Below are positions 45,901-53,707 of a stretch of 63,647 nucleotides of DNA, one piece after another (within the stretch, counting starts at the first letter, position 1; each line of letters starts with the position of its first letter). Made by a program: the position numbers and the translations under genes. The stretch is from a virus (taxonomy: Duplodnaviria > Caudoviricetes). A model generated the notes under the pieces. That model ran no database searches and was not told where the DNA came from. It worked only from the letters and a program-made list of their open reading frames with translations. The DNA is taken from the IMG/VR virus record IMGVR_UViG_3300032080_000005, positions 1-63,647 of that record; one strand, written 5' to 3'.

Positions 45901-46398
45901 TCAGGCGTCGCCGTAGTTGGCTTTGTTCGCCGCGCGGTCCTCAGCCGGGCTGTCGCCGGTCAGCGGGGAAACCTCGCCGGTGCGGTCAGCATCGCCCTCG
46001 CCGACCACGACGGCCGGAGGGCCTTCGTTATCGACGCCAGCGTTGACGACGGTCACGACCGGGGCAGCGCCTTCGGCTGCGGCCGCCGTGAGGGCGGGCA
46101 CGTCGGCGTCCTCGAAGGACTCCGCGTCGAAGACGACGGTGTACGGGCCGCCGACCGAGCCGGATACTGCGACTCCGCCATCGGGGATCGTCTCCAGGTC
46201 TTCCAGGGCCTGCTGAATTTCCGCGGCCGTGAGTTCGGCCTTGGCTTTCAGGTTGCCCGTCGTGTCACCATCGAAGGTGAGCGTGGTCGTTTTACCGGCG
46301 GTGACGCCAGCGTAGTCCAGTTTCTGGACCTCGTTCGACCCCGCCGGGGAATTGATGTTGACCGGCGTGTCGAGAATGGTGGTTGGGGTATCGCTCAT
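45901..46398 (-). CDS. capsid decoration / Ig-like virion protein
   Basis: NEVQ...TLTFDG.TT....A.EIQ.ALE.L module; directly after the major capsid gene. Confidence 0.65.
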   Translation of the reverse strand: MSDTPTTILDTPVNINSPAGSNEVQKLDYAGVTAGKTTTLTFDGDTTGNLKAKAELTAAEIQQALEDLETIPDGGVAVSGSVGGPYTVVFDAESFEDADVPALTAAAAEGAAPVVTVVNAGVDNEGPPAVVVGEGDADRTGEVSPLTGDSPAEDRAANKANYGDA

Positions 46399-46413
46399 AA
46401 GTCTGCGCTCTCC

Positions 46414-47844
46414 TTAGTGGCCCTTCAGGCCGTCGCCCTGGATGACCGAGAAGGCGTTGGGGTAGCGACCGGCGGTGAAGCCCAGGCGCTCCTCCGAGCG
46501 GAACACGGTCTGGTTGCTGGTGAAGAAGACGTGCTGGCTCGTGTCCGTCACGATGCCTTCGCGGTCGAGCACGAGGCCCTGCGAGAAGTCACCGATGATG
46601 ACAGCGCTCTCGTCGTCTGCGTCACCGAGGTTGGTGGGGATGTTGGGCGTGCAGTAGACCGGCAGTCCGAACAGTTCACCGCGGGGCAGCGTGCCACCGT
46701 TGTAGCCGGGGATCGGCTCGTTCGGCTTGCGGACGGTGCCGTTGGCGCCAGACCCGAGGATGTACTTCTCGTCGGTGCCGCGGCCTTTCGCCAGCCAGCC
46801 CCAGGTGCGGGGGTGCATGACGATGGCGTCCGGGAACCCGAGGTACTTGGTCTGGACTTCGGTGATGCCGTCGCTGATCTTGTCGAGCAGTTCGATCTGT
46901 TTCGGCGAGGCGGCCGTGAAGGGAATGCTGGTCACGCCGGGCGTGTTCAGGATGCCGAGCGGCTGTCCTGCGCCGGAGCCGTTGATGAACGCCTGCTCCT
47001 CCAGGTGGACGAAGCGCTTTGCCAGGTCTTTGGTGACGAGGCGGTCCACGCTCCACTTTGCGTCTTTCAGGAGCTGGTTCGACACGACGGCCATACCGGC
47101 GGCGGTGTAGACATGCGCCTCGAACTCCGAGAAGCTGAGGTCGTTCTTGATCTTCTCCGCGAACTCGGCGGTCCATGCGACTGCCAGACCCGAGTCCTGG
47201 GCGATGAAGCGAATGGTGTCGCTCCCGACCGGCTGCGAGGTAAAGAGCTGGCGCAGGACGCTCACGCTGTCCCGCAGCGGGATCAGCTCGTCGCTGACCT
47301 CCGGCGGAACCAGGAAGCCTCCGGCGGCGTCGGTGCCCTCGCCCATCGCCTTGCCCTCGAAGTAGTCGTCGATGCGCTGGCGGGCCTTCGGGTCGCCCCC
47401 GCGGGCCAGGCGCACGTCGTTGAAGTAGGAGTGCTCGCCGTGCTCACCGTAAACGTCCGGGTCGGAGGCGGCCTGTGAAGTGAAGAAATCAGCCGGGAGC
47501 GCCTTGCCCGCGACCTTCTCGACTGCGCCACCCAGCGTCTCGACCCGACCGATCAGGGCCTTGCGCTCCAGGGCGACTTCCTCAGCGGCGCGCGCCTGGC
47601 TCAGGCGCTCCAGCTCAGGAGCCAGCTCGTCGAACTTCGAAAGCATGTCGCTGACGGCCTTGCCGTCCAGCTCGTCTGCACCCTCCGTGATCTTGGTGCG
47701 CAGCTCACCGACCTCTCCGGTCAGCGTCTCGAACTGCGTATTGATGTCGGCGAGAGCAGCCTCGTCGAGGGCCTTGCCCTCCAGCTTGGCCGAAAGCTCT
47801 CCGACGCGGTCGGTGAGGGCAGTAATCTGCTCGGTGAAGTCCAT
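46414..47844 (-). CDS. HK97-fold major capsid protein with N-terminal delta (scaffold) domain
   Basis: Coiled-coil N-terminus, GGFLVPPE, FINGSGAGQPLGI, LFGLPV, GDFS; leaderless start ATG 47844. Confidence 0.95.
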   Translation of the reverse strand: MDFTEQITALTDRVGELSAKLEGKALDEAALADINTQFETLTGEVGELRTKITEGADELDGKAVSDMLSKFDELAPELERLSQARAAEEVALERKALIGRVETLGGAVEKVAGKALPADFFTSQAASDPDVYGEHGEHSYFNDVRLARGGDPKARQRIDDYFEGKAMGEGTDAAGGFLVPPEVSDELIPLRDSVSVLRQLFTSQPVGSDTIRFIAQDSGLAVAWTAEFAEKIKNDLSFSEFEAHVYTAAGMAVVSNQLLKDAKWSVDRLVTKDLAKRFVHLEEQAFINGSGAGQPLGILNTPGVTSIPFTAASPKQIELLDKISDGITEVQTKYLGFPDAIVMHPRTWGWLAKGRGTDEKYILGSGANGTVRKPNEPIPGYNGGTLPRGELFGLPVYCTPNIPTNLGDADDESAVIIGDFSQGLVLDREGIVTDTSQHVFFTSNQTVFRSEERLGFTAGRYPNAFSVIQGDGLKGH

Positions 47845-47899
47845 GCGCCGCATAGTACCACACTCGTAAAGGGAACCGACCTAGGCGGCCGGAAACGGC

Positions 47900-48634
47900 T
47901 TAGTTAAGCCACTCCGCGGGGATCAACACCATGCAGTCGTGCGCTTCGGCCTCACGAATGAGGTATTCACGCAGGGCCTTCGCGTCCTCCACGTTACCCG
48001 CCGCGCGGTCAACTGCCTTCGCGATGTCGCCGGGAGTGTGGATGGTCGGCCGCTCGGTGCGGAGGTAGCCACCTTCATAAGCCTTACCCTCGAACGTATC
48101 CAGCGCGGCGTCGAGTCCGGCGATGGCGGCGGCCAGGTTTGGCTCGCTACCGAACGCCTTGCCCGCGATAGCGAACAGGCTGCCGGGTTCCATCGGGACA
48201 GGAGTTACGCTTATCTCGGCCACGTCGGCTTCGTGGATGCGCGGGCCGTGTGGGGTCATTTTGCGCTTGAAGATGCCGCCGACGCTGAAGCCCTTGATGG
48301 TGCCGGATTTGACCTTGTTGTACACGTCGGCCAGCGGGGAGGCTGGGTGGGGGTCGTCCAGGCGGGCCTTCACGAACAGGCCCTTGCCGTCCAGCTTGGC
48401 CTCCTCGACTACGCCGAGAGCCTGGTCAGTGTGGTGGTGGTAACAGAGGACGGGGTTACGCCGGAAGTATTTTTCGAGGCCCTTGTCGAAGACTCCCGGC
48501 ATGAAAGCCTCGCCCTCGCGGTCACGGTCAAAGCCCGCGGCGTACCCTTCGATGCGCAGCGCCTTACCGTCCAGCTCGACACGAGCGTCCGCGTCGAGCG
48601 CGAAGTCAAGCTGGAACGGTGCCTGCTCTTTCAC
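47900..48634 (-). CDS. HK97-type prohead protease
   Basis: IEGYA, DREGE, L.YHH, G.IKGFSVGG, EISVTPVP. Confidence 0.93.
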   Translation of the reverse strand: MKEQAPFQLDFALDADARVELDGKALRIEGYAAGFDRDREGEAFMPGVFDKGLEKYFRRNPVLCYHHHTDQALGVVEEAKLDGKGLFVKARLDDPHPASPLADVYNKVKSGTIKGFSVGGIFKRKMTPHGPRIHEADVAEISVTPVPMEPGSLFAIAGKAFGSEPNLAAAIAGLDAALDTFEGKAYEGGYLRTERPTIHTPGDIAKAVDRAAGNVEDAKALREYLIREAEAHDCMVLIPAEWLN

Positions 48635-48654
48635 GCTCCGCAGTGTAGCGCAAT

Positions 48655-49257
48655 TCAGCGGAGCAGATGCGTTAGCAGAGAAGCATTATGCTTACCGCTA
48701 TTACATGACGGGCAAAGCCCCGCGAAGTTCTCCCAGCCATGTTCGCCACCCGTCGACAGTGCTTCAATGTGGTCAACGTGGATAGGACCATGAGCGCCAC
48801 AGAGTTCGCAGATGCCCTGACGCAGCATCTCCGCGAAGGCGGCCGCATCTACTGAGTCGCCCTGTGGGGCATTGGCTTTCAGGCCGCGATAGCGACTCGC
48901 CGCTGGGCGCTGATGCGCGCGATACTTCTCTGGATTCGCCGCGCGCCATGTATCGCGCCAGACCGCTGCTTGCTCAGGATTATCCCGATAGCGCGCCGCT
49001 GACCTGGCGGCAATCTTATCTGGATACCGCGCACGATAGCGCCGCTGACGAGCCTGCGCCGCCGCACGATTACGGCGATACTTTGCGCGATCATTCGCGC
49101 GGCATTTGTCGAGATTATTCTTCCGTCGCGCACGTTCTGCCAACCTTTCTCCACGGCGAACGCAAGCTCTACACACGCCACGGCGCCGCCCTGAATCAGT
49201 CCGCAAGGCAAAATCTTCAAGCGGCTTTTCCTCACCGCACTTTGAGCAGCGCTTCAT
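48655..49257 (-). CDS. HNH endonuclease
   Basis: KRCSKCGEEK..F, CRAC, CELCG..HVDHIEALSTGGEH..N...CPSCN..K. Confidence 0.9.
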   Translation of the reverse strand: MKRCSKCGEEKPLEDFALRTDSGRRRGVCRACVRRGERLAERARRKNNLDKCRANDRAKYRRNRAAAQARQRRYRARYPDKIAARSAARYRDNPEQAAVWRDTWRAANPEKYRAHQRPAASRYRGLKANAPQGDSVDAAAFAEMLRQGICELCGAHGPIHVDHIEALSTGGEHGWENFAGLCPSCNSGKHNASLLTHLLR

Positions 49258-49796
49258 TCGCCCCACGGCGTGACGTGAAGCTGCATCATCCAGAACCAGG
49301 CGTATTTCGGCCTGCCCTTCCGGTCGTGGTAGCGACCCCAGACCCACCCGTCATCGCAGTCGCCGATGACCTTGACCGGCTCGTCGGTGAACCAGAGAAT
49401 CACGCCGCGCGGATCGAGGCGTTGGGCCACAGGTGGACGGCGTCGCAGACGACGCACACCTTCAGCGGCTCGATGTTGTCGCGCGGTGGGGTGTCGGCGG
49501 CCGGTTCCGTATCTGGCGCCAGTGGCGTCATGATCTGAGCTTGACGGCGGCATTCAGCGCGGTTCACCTGTTTGCGGATGCGCGTACCGGACATGGCCGC
49601 GTTGGCGAAGTCCATCGTGACGCTGCGGTCGGCGTGCGCTTCCTTGATGGCACGGCCGCCGTTGAGGACGACGGTCTTCCCCAGCGCCTCGACCTCCGCG
49701 GGGCTGGGATTCGACACGACCGGCCACTCGTAGTCCTCGTGACTCCAATCGTCGTCCCAAAACAGCGTCTCCATGCGCCTCCCTTCAGTTCGTAAG

Positions 49797-49869
49797 TGGA
49801 CAAGGCGGGGTTCGAACCCGCGACCTCCTGCTTGCAAAACAGGCGCTCTGCCAACTGAGCTACTCGCCC
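49797..49869 (-). tRNA. tRNA-Ala(TGC)
   Basis: Canonical cloverleaf with G3:U70. Confidence 0.93.
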
Positions 49870-49946
49870 ACAACCAGTCTATCGCGAAGGTCAAGACGAC
49901 GAGTTAGTGCCACGGAGTGTCCCTAATCTGCATCCTTGACGCACGA

Positions 49947-50021
49947 ATCCGGGGGCAGGGTTCGAACCTGCACTTCGAGGTTCAGGGCCTCGCTGGCTGC
50001 CAGTTACCTTATCACCCCGGA
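49947..50021 (-). tRNA. tRNA-Gln(CTG), atypical D arm and C33
   Basis: U1-A72 acceptor, anticodon loop CCCTGAA, T arm GCAGG-TTCGAAC-CCTGC. Confidence 0.8.
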
Positions 50022-50022
50022 G

Positions 50023-50104
50023 TGGACGTGCCGGGAGTTGAACCCGGATCGCCGCCTGGCAGGGGTGTCCCTCGCTGTGCAGGCGGCCGTGACCTTTCAC
50101 GCCC
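50023..50104 (-). ncRNA. tmRNA tRNA-like-domain-only RNA (mini-tmRNA-like)
   Basis: GGGCGTG/CACGTCC-A with G3:U70, no D stem, helix GCCGCCTG/CAGGCGGC, 3-nt GAT linker, CCGGG-TTCAACT-CCCGG; promoter places +1 at about 50104. Confidence 0.65.
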
Positions 50105-50134
50105 ACGTCCAGTATAGAGGGAGCGTCAATCGAG

Positions 50135-50208
50135 CACCGCTGACGGGACTTGAACCCGCAAGGTCCGGCCTGAGAAACCGGCGGCTCTACCAATTCGCCT
50201 ACAGCGGC
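50135..50208 (-). tRNA. tRNA-Glu(CTC)
   Basis: Cloverleaf; anticodon loop TTCTCAG. Confidence 0.85.
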
Positions 50209-50221
50209 ACATCCAAGTATA

Positions 50222-50296
50222 TCGGGCGAGCGGGATTCGAACCCGCGGCCTCTCGGTCCCGAACCGAGCGCGCTGACCAGACTGCGCTACCGCCCA
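50222..50296 (-). tRNA. tRNA-Pro(CGG)
   Basis: Cloverleaf; anticodon loop TTCGGGA. Confidence 0.92.
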
Positions 50297-50297
50297 A

Positions 50298-50369
50298 CGC
50301 CGCACCTGGAGTTCGAGTCCAGAACCTCCCGGTCACAAGCCGAGGCTCTACCAATTGAGCTAGAGCGGC
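50298..50369 (-). tRNA. tRNA-Thr(TGT)-like, degenerate
   Basis: Anticodon loop CTTGTGA; T loop CTCGAAC, base 26 absent, U-U mismatch in acceptor. Confidence 0.6.
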
Positions 50370-50378
50370 GGGTTGAAG

Positions 50379-50534
50379 TTACCGCGAGGTAGGCTTGGCG
50401 CGGCGGTATGAGTCCACCCGCACTTTGCCTTTGCCGCGGTTCGCCCCGCGTGGGGACCGCGAATGCTTCTTGACGCCGACTGCGCTACCCGAGCCAGCCC
50501 GACGACGCCGCTTTCCGCGCCCCCGCGTCGCCAT
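50379..50534 (-). CDS. 51-aa highly basic peptide
   Basis: MATRGRGKRRRRAGSGSAVGVKKHSRSPRGANRGKGKVRVDSYRRAKPTSR (hand-translated); TGATG-coupled. Confidence 0.6.
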   Translation of the reverse strand: MATRGRGKRRRRAGSGSAVGVKKHSRSPRGANRGKGKVRVDSYRRAKPTSR

Positions 50535-50698
50535 CAGGCGGCCGCCGTGGTCTGCGGGCGAAAGCGCCGCGCGAAACCGAAAATCGTGTCGAGAACGTCA
50601 ATCACAGGGACAGCTTAGCATCAGTCGTCGCCGTTGGCGAGCCAATCCGCGTAGTAGTCCTCGTCATCTTCCGCCGCCTCGACGAACTCGTCGAACAC

Positions 50699-50944
50699 TC
50701 AGCGCCGCCGCGGGCGCGTCGGAAGGTGGCCGGTCGGCGGAGGCACCGGGTGGCCGCCAGTCGAGGGAAGCTCCTGCTCCTGCTCCACGACTTGCATGAG
50801 GCGGGCGCCGAGCAGAACTGCCGGTGGAAGGTCGCCGTTGACGCGGGCGTCCTCGATGTCGAAGCCGTCCACCTTGAAGCTGACCTCCACGCAGCCGTCT
50901 GGGGCGTCGTCTTCCGTGATGGTGATGGTCATCGACGCGCTCAT
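50699..50944 (-). CDS. hypothetical protein
   Basis: ATG (MSASMTITIT) after portal stop. Confidence 0.55.
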   Translation of the reverse strand: MSASMTITITEDDAPDGCVEVSFKVDGFDIEDARVNGDLPPAVLLGARLMQVVEQEQELPSTGGHPVPPPTGHLPTRPRRR

Positions 50945-50963
50945 GGCCCTTCCCTTTCGCCGC

Positions 50964-52373
50964 TCATGCCTCGACGACCTCGTCCAGGTTCGGGACGTTC
51001 TCGCCTTTCGGCGGACGGCCGCCGCCATCGCCGGGGAGCGGCCGGTCGGCGGTGCCGCCTTCCTTCGTGTTCGTGGGGTCGGGCATGTTGAGGACGGTTT
51101 CTTCGATCCGCTGTGCCTTCTTTTCGTCCTCCATTTCCTCGCGCAGAGGCTTCAGGTTGAACTGGCGCCGGACCTCCTTGACGAGGACGCCGGGGACGGC
51201 CGCGAATTCCCCACCGAGCTTGAACTGATCCTCGATGGGCATCTGGTATTCGTAGTCGATCTTCAGCTTCAGGCCGAAGTCGGCGGTGAGTTCTTTCGTC
51301 AGCAGCGTCTGGAGCGTGTTGAGGATCGGCCGCATCCGCTTGTTGTCGAAGTTGCGGCGTTCTTCGGCGGGCGTGGTGGTCGAGGAAGTTTCGTTGCCGA
51401 GGCCGAGCATCACCTTCGGGACACGGAACAGCGCCAGGATGCGGTCGCGGCTCTGGTCGGACATCAGCCCGAACTCGGCCTTCGTCGCGTCGGACTGGAT
51501 CGGCTTGTAGGTGAGGCCGCGGCCGAGGACGGCGACCTGGAACGCCTGCTTGGCGCCAGCGTAGATGCCAGCGAACTGGCGGCGCAGCTTCGCCGCGTTC
51601 GACTCGGAAATCGCCTGCTCGGCCTCCAGCACGCCCTCCAGGCGAGCGCCGTTTTCGTAGTAGGACGCCTTCGTCTCGGTAAGCGCAATCTCCCCGTCGA
51701 AGATGCGCGGACCCATCGCGATGATGCCCGCGCCGCGGTAGGAGTCGTGGGGGTTGGCGCCCTTCCAGTGAATGACCTTCTCGGGCGGAATCTCGACGGC
51801 GACCTTGCCGGGCGCCTTGTACTCGTAGTGCTTGACGAGTTCGCCCTTGTCGCCGGGGACGACCTCGACGTGCTGGGGCGGGAGCCGCAGAAGCTGGAGC
51901 GGCCGACCGCGGCCGTCATCCCCGCGCTTGTAGAGGAACCCGTCTCCGGTGATGTAGCGGTCGATGACGAAAAGTTCGATGACTTCTTCCCAGCTCTGGT
52001 AGCCGTTCGGTTCCTCCAGGAGCTGGACGAGCCAGGGGTCCGCAAGGCGGGCACCGGGTTCCGCCTCCGCGCGAGAGCGCGGGACGGTCTTGCCGTCGTA
52101 GTCCTCCAGGTGCCACTCGGCGTGGGCGGCCGTCTCGGCGATGACGCCCATGCAGTCGGCGACCCAATCCATCGCCTTGTCGGTGCCCGATCCGTAGGCT
52201 TCGAGCTGGCGCTTCGCGGAGGAGGCGGCGAAGCGGGAGCCGCTGGTGCGTCCCATGTGTGCGCCGTAGACCTCCGGCGCATCCTTGCGCGAGCCGGGGA
52301 TGACCGCGCGGCCCGGCGCAGCCTTCCCTTCTAGAGAGAGCGCGCCGAGGAAGGTGGAGAGGGGGTTCGCCAT
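50964..52373 (-). CDS. HK97-family portal protein
   Basis: LLEEPNGYQS, GDGF, EKVIHWK..NP....RG, YYENGA..GVL, LFRVP..MLG. Confidence 0.94.
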   Translation of the reverse strand: MANPLSTFLGALSLEGKAAPGRAVIPGSRKDAPEVYGAHMGRTSGSRFAASSAKRQLEAYGSGTDKAMDWVADCMGVIAETAAHAEWHLEDYDGKTVPRSRAEAEPGARLADPWLVQLLEEPNGYQSWEEVIELFVIDRYITGDGFLYKRGDDGRGRPLQLLRLPPQHVEVVPGDKGELVKHYEYKAPGKVAVEIPPEKVIHWKGANPHDSYRGAGIIAMGPRIFDGEIALTETKASYYENGARLEGVLEAEQAISESNAAKLRRQFAGIYAGAKQAFQVAVLGRGLTYKPIQSDATKAEFGLMSDQSRDRILALFRVPKVMLGLGNETSSTTTPAEERRNFDNKRMRPILNTLQTLLTKELTADFGLKLKIDYEYQMPIEDQFKLGGEFAAVPGVLVKEVRRQFNLKPLREEMEDEKKAQRIEETVLNMPDPTNTKEGGTADRPLPGDGGGRPPKGENVPNLDEVVEA

Positions 52374-52791
52374 CTAGGGAGCCAGTCTAGCAGCGAAACT
52401 GCCTCCCGTATAGCACATCGCGCAAGGAAGCGGCGTCACATAAGGTGGGGTCGTGTGGAGGTTTCGTTCCAGCGCGCCCACAAGGCAGCGTCGAATCGGA
52501 GAGGGCGGCCAGGGAAGTAGAGGCGTGGGTTTGTGTTAAATGGCGGCCGAGGGCGTGTGCCGCACCCCGCGCTGCTCCGCCCAGCGGGCTGCGCGAGCGG
52601 GGTGAGCGTAGCACATCGAAAATTTTGGGGTGAATTTGGCTTTATAGGCTGGTTTGCGGCGAGGATTTGTGTTCTTGCGAATTTGCGGGCTTTGGCCCTG
52701 TTCTAGGCACGAATATCGCGAATTTCCTTGTTTTTCGTATACGAAACGTCAAAACTCGTGCCTCATATAGGGCCAAATCCCGAATTTAGGG

Positions 52792-53124
52792 GTGGTGAAT
52801 GGGGCCAAAGACGTGTGCTATGCTTGCTTCGTGAAGACTTCTCCGACTGCCCAGGACATCCGGGACGCAATCGGCGCTGGGCGCTATGCAGTGTCCTACG
52901 CAAAACAGACTCGCGGGCGCTTCCGCCGCCGGAAGACGAAAACTCGGCGGCCGCTGTTGGAGGCTGCGAAGGTGAAATGTGAACTAGCTGCTGTTCCGCT
53001 GCGCTCATACATCGGCATGATTGCTTGGGACAAGCATGAGATTACGGTGGAGCAAGAGATTGAAATGAAGAAGATCATGGAAGACCTCCGCTACGAGCGG
53101 CGGCAGATCACCAAGATGCTCTGA
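52792..53124 (+). CDS. hypothetical basic protein
   Basis: 110-aa ORF on the strand opposite its neighbours. Confidence 0.5.
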   Translation: MVNGAKDVCYACFVKTSPTAQDIRDAIGAGRYAVSYAKQTRGRFRRRKTKTRRPLLEAAKVKCELAAVPLRSYIGMIAWDKHEITVEQEIEMKKIMEDLRYERRQITKML

Positions 53125-53234
53125 TGGACGCCGCCATCGAAATCTGCACCATCATCTTCGTCTCGGCCTGGCTGCTGTACCTGGCCGCCCGCGGTGGTTG
53201 GAACGCATACTGGTCCCTGACCGGCCGCCGCTAA

Positions 53235-53307
53235 TTGCCCCGCCGGGAGTCGAACCCGGAACCTTGCGGTTAAGAGCCGCCTGCTCTACCAGTTGAGCTA
53301 CGGAGCA
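53235..53307 (-). tRNA. tRNA-Lys(CTT)
   Basis: Cloverleaf; anticodon loop CTCTTAA. Confidence 0.9.
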
Positions 53308-53308
53308 A

Positions 53309-53381
53309 TGGAGCCGGTCGGGATTGAACCGACGACCTCCCGCTTATCAGGCGGGTGCTCTAACCGCTGAGCTACGACTCC
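53309..53381 (-). tRNA. tRNA-Ile(GAT)
   Basis: Cloverleaf; anticodon loop CTGATAA. Confidence 0.93.
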
Positions 53382-53383
53382 AG

Positions 53384-53456
53384 CTCCCCACCCAGGGCTT
53401 GAACCTGGAACCTCCCGGTTAACGGCCGGGCGCTCTGCCAATTGAGCTAGTGAGGA
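53384..53456 (-). tRNA. tRNA-Asn(GTT), C33
   Basis: U1-A72, G73; anticodon loop CCGTTAA. Confidence 0.88.
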
Positions 53457-53457
53457 A

Positions 53458-53531
53458 GGCGACCCGCGGGGATCGAACCCGCATTTGCCAGGATCACAAC
53501 CTGGAGCCATTTCCTATTCGGCCAGGGTCGC
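53458..53531 (-). tRNA. tRNA-His(GTG)
   Basis: Anticodon loop TTGTGAT, C73; no encoded G-1. Confidence 0.85.
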
Positions 53532-53532
53532 A

Positions 53533-53621
53533 AGCGCCAGACCAGGGGTCGAACCTGGACCGCCAGCGCCCCCGATCCCGCTTTGAGGCGTCGGCTCTCT
53601 ACCAGTTGAGTTACCTGGCGC
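53533..53621 (-). ncRNA. tRNA-like RNA with aberrant anticodon arm
   Basis: Recognisable D and T arms, 7-8 bp acceptor, bulged arm CCGA-CGC-CTCAAA-GCG-GGA-TCGG, 13-nt variable region. Confidence 0.65.
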
Positions 53622-53627
53622 GGTGAG

Positions 53628-53707
53628 TAGCGGGGGCGGGATTCGAACCCGCGTCTCCAGGTTATGAGCCTGACAAGGTGGCTTGCGCCCCACTCCTCCA
53701 CCCCGCT
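53628..53707 (-). tRNA. initiator-like tRNA-Met(CAT) with enlarged D loop
   Basis: AGCGGGGTGGAG...GGCTCATAACC...GGTTCGAATCCCGCCCCCGCTA. Confidence 0.85.

Noticed and set aside
49753-49770. Partial self-match to guide 2 target (CAAAACAGCGT)
   Set aside because: 13/18 identity with four mismatches in spacer A; not convincing.
50392-50495. Additional tRNA starting GGCTCGGGTAGCGCAG
   Set aside because: No T arm or anticodon arm; better explained as the basic-peptide ORF.
53533-53621. tRNA-Sec or genome-wide TGA recoding
   Set aside because: The D arm is not Sec-like, the loop is malformed, and TGA ends many coupled genes normally.
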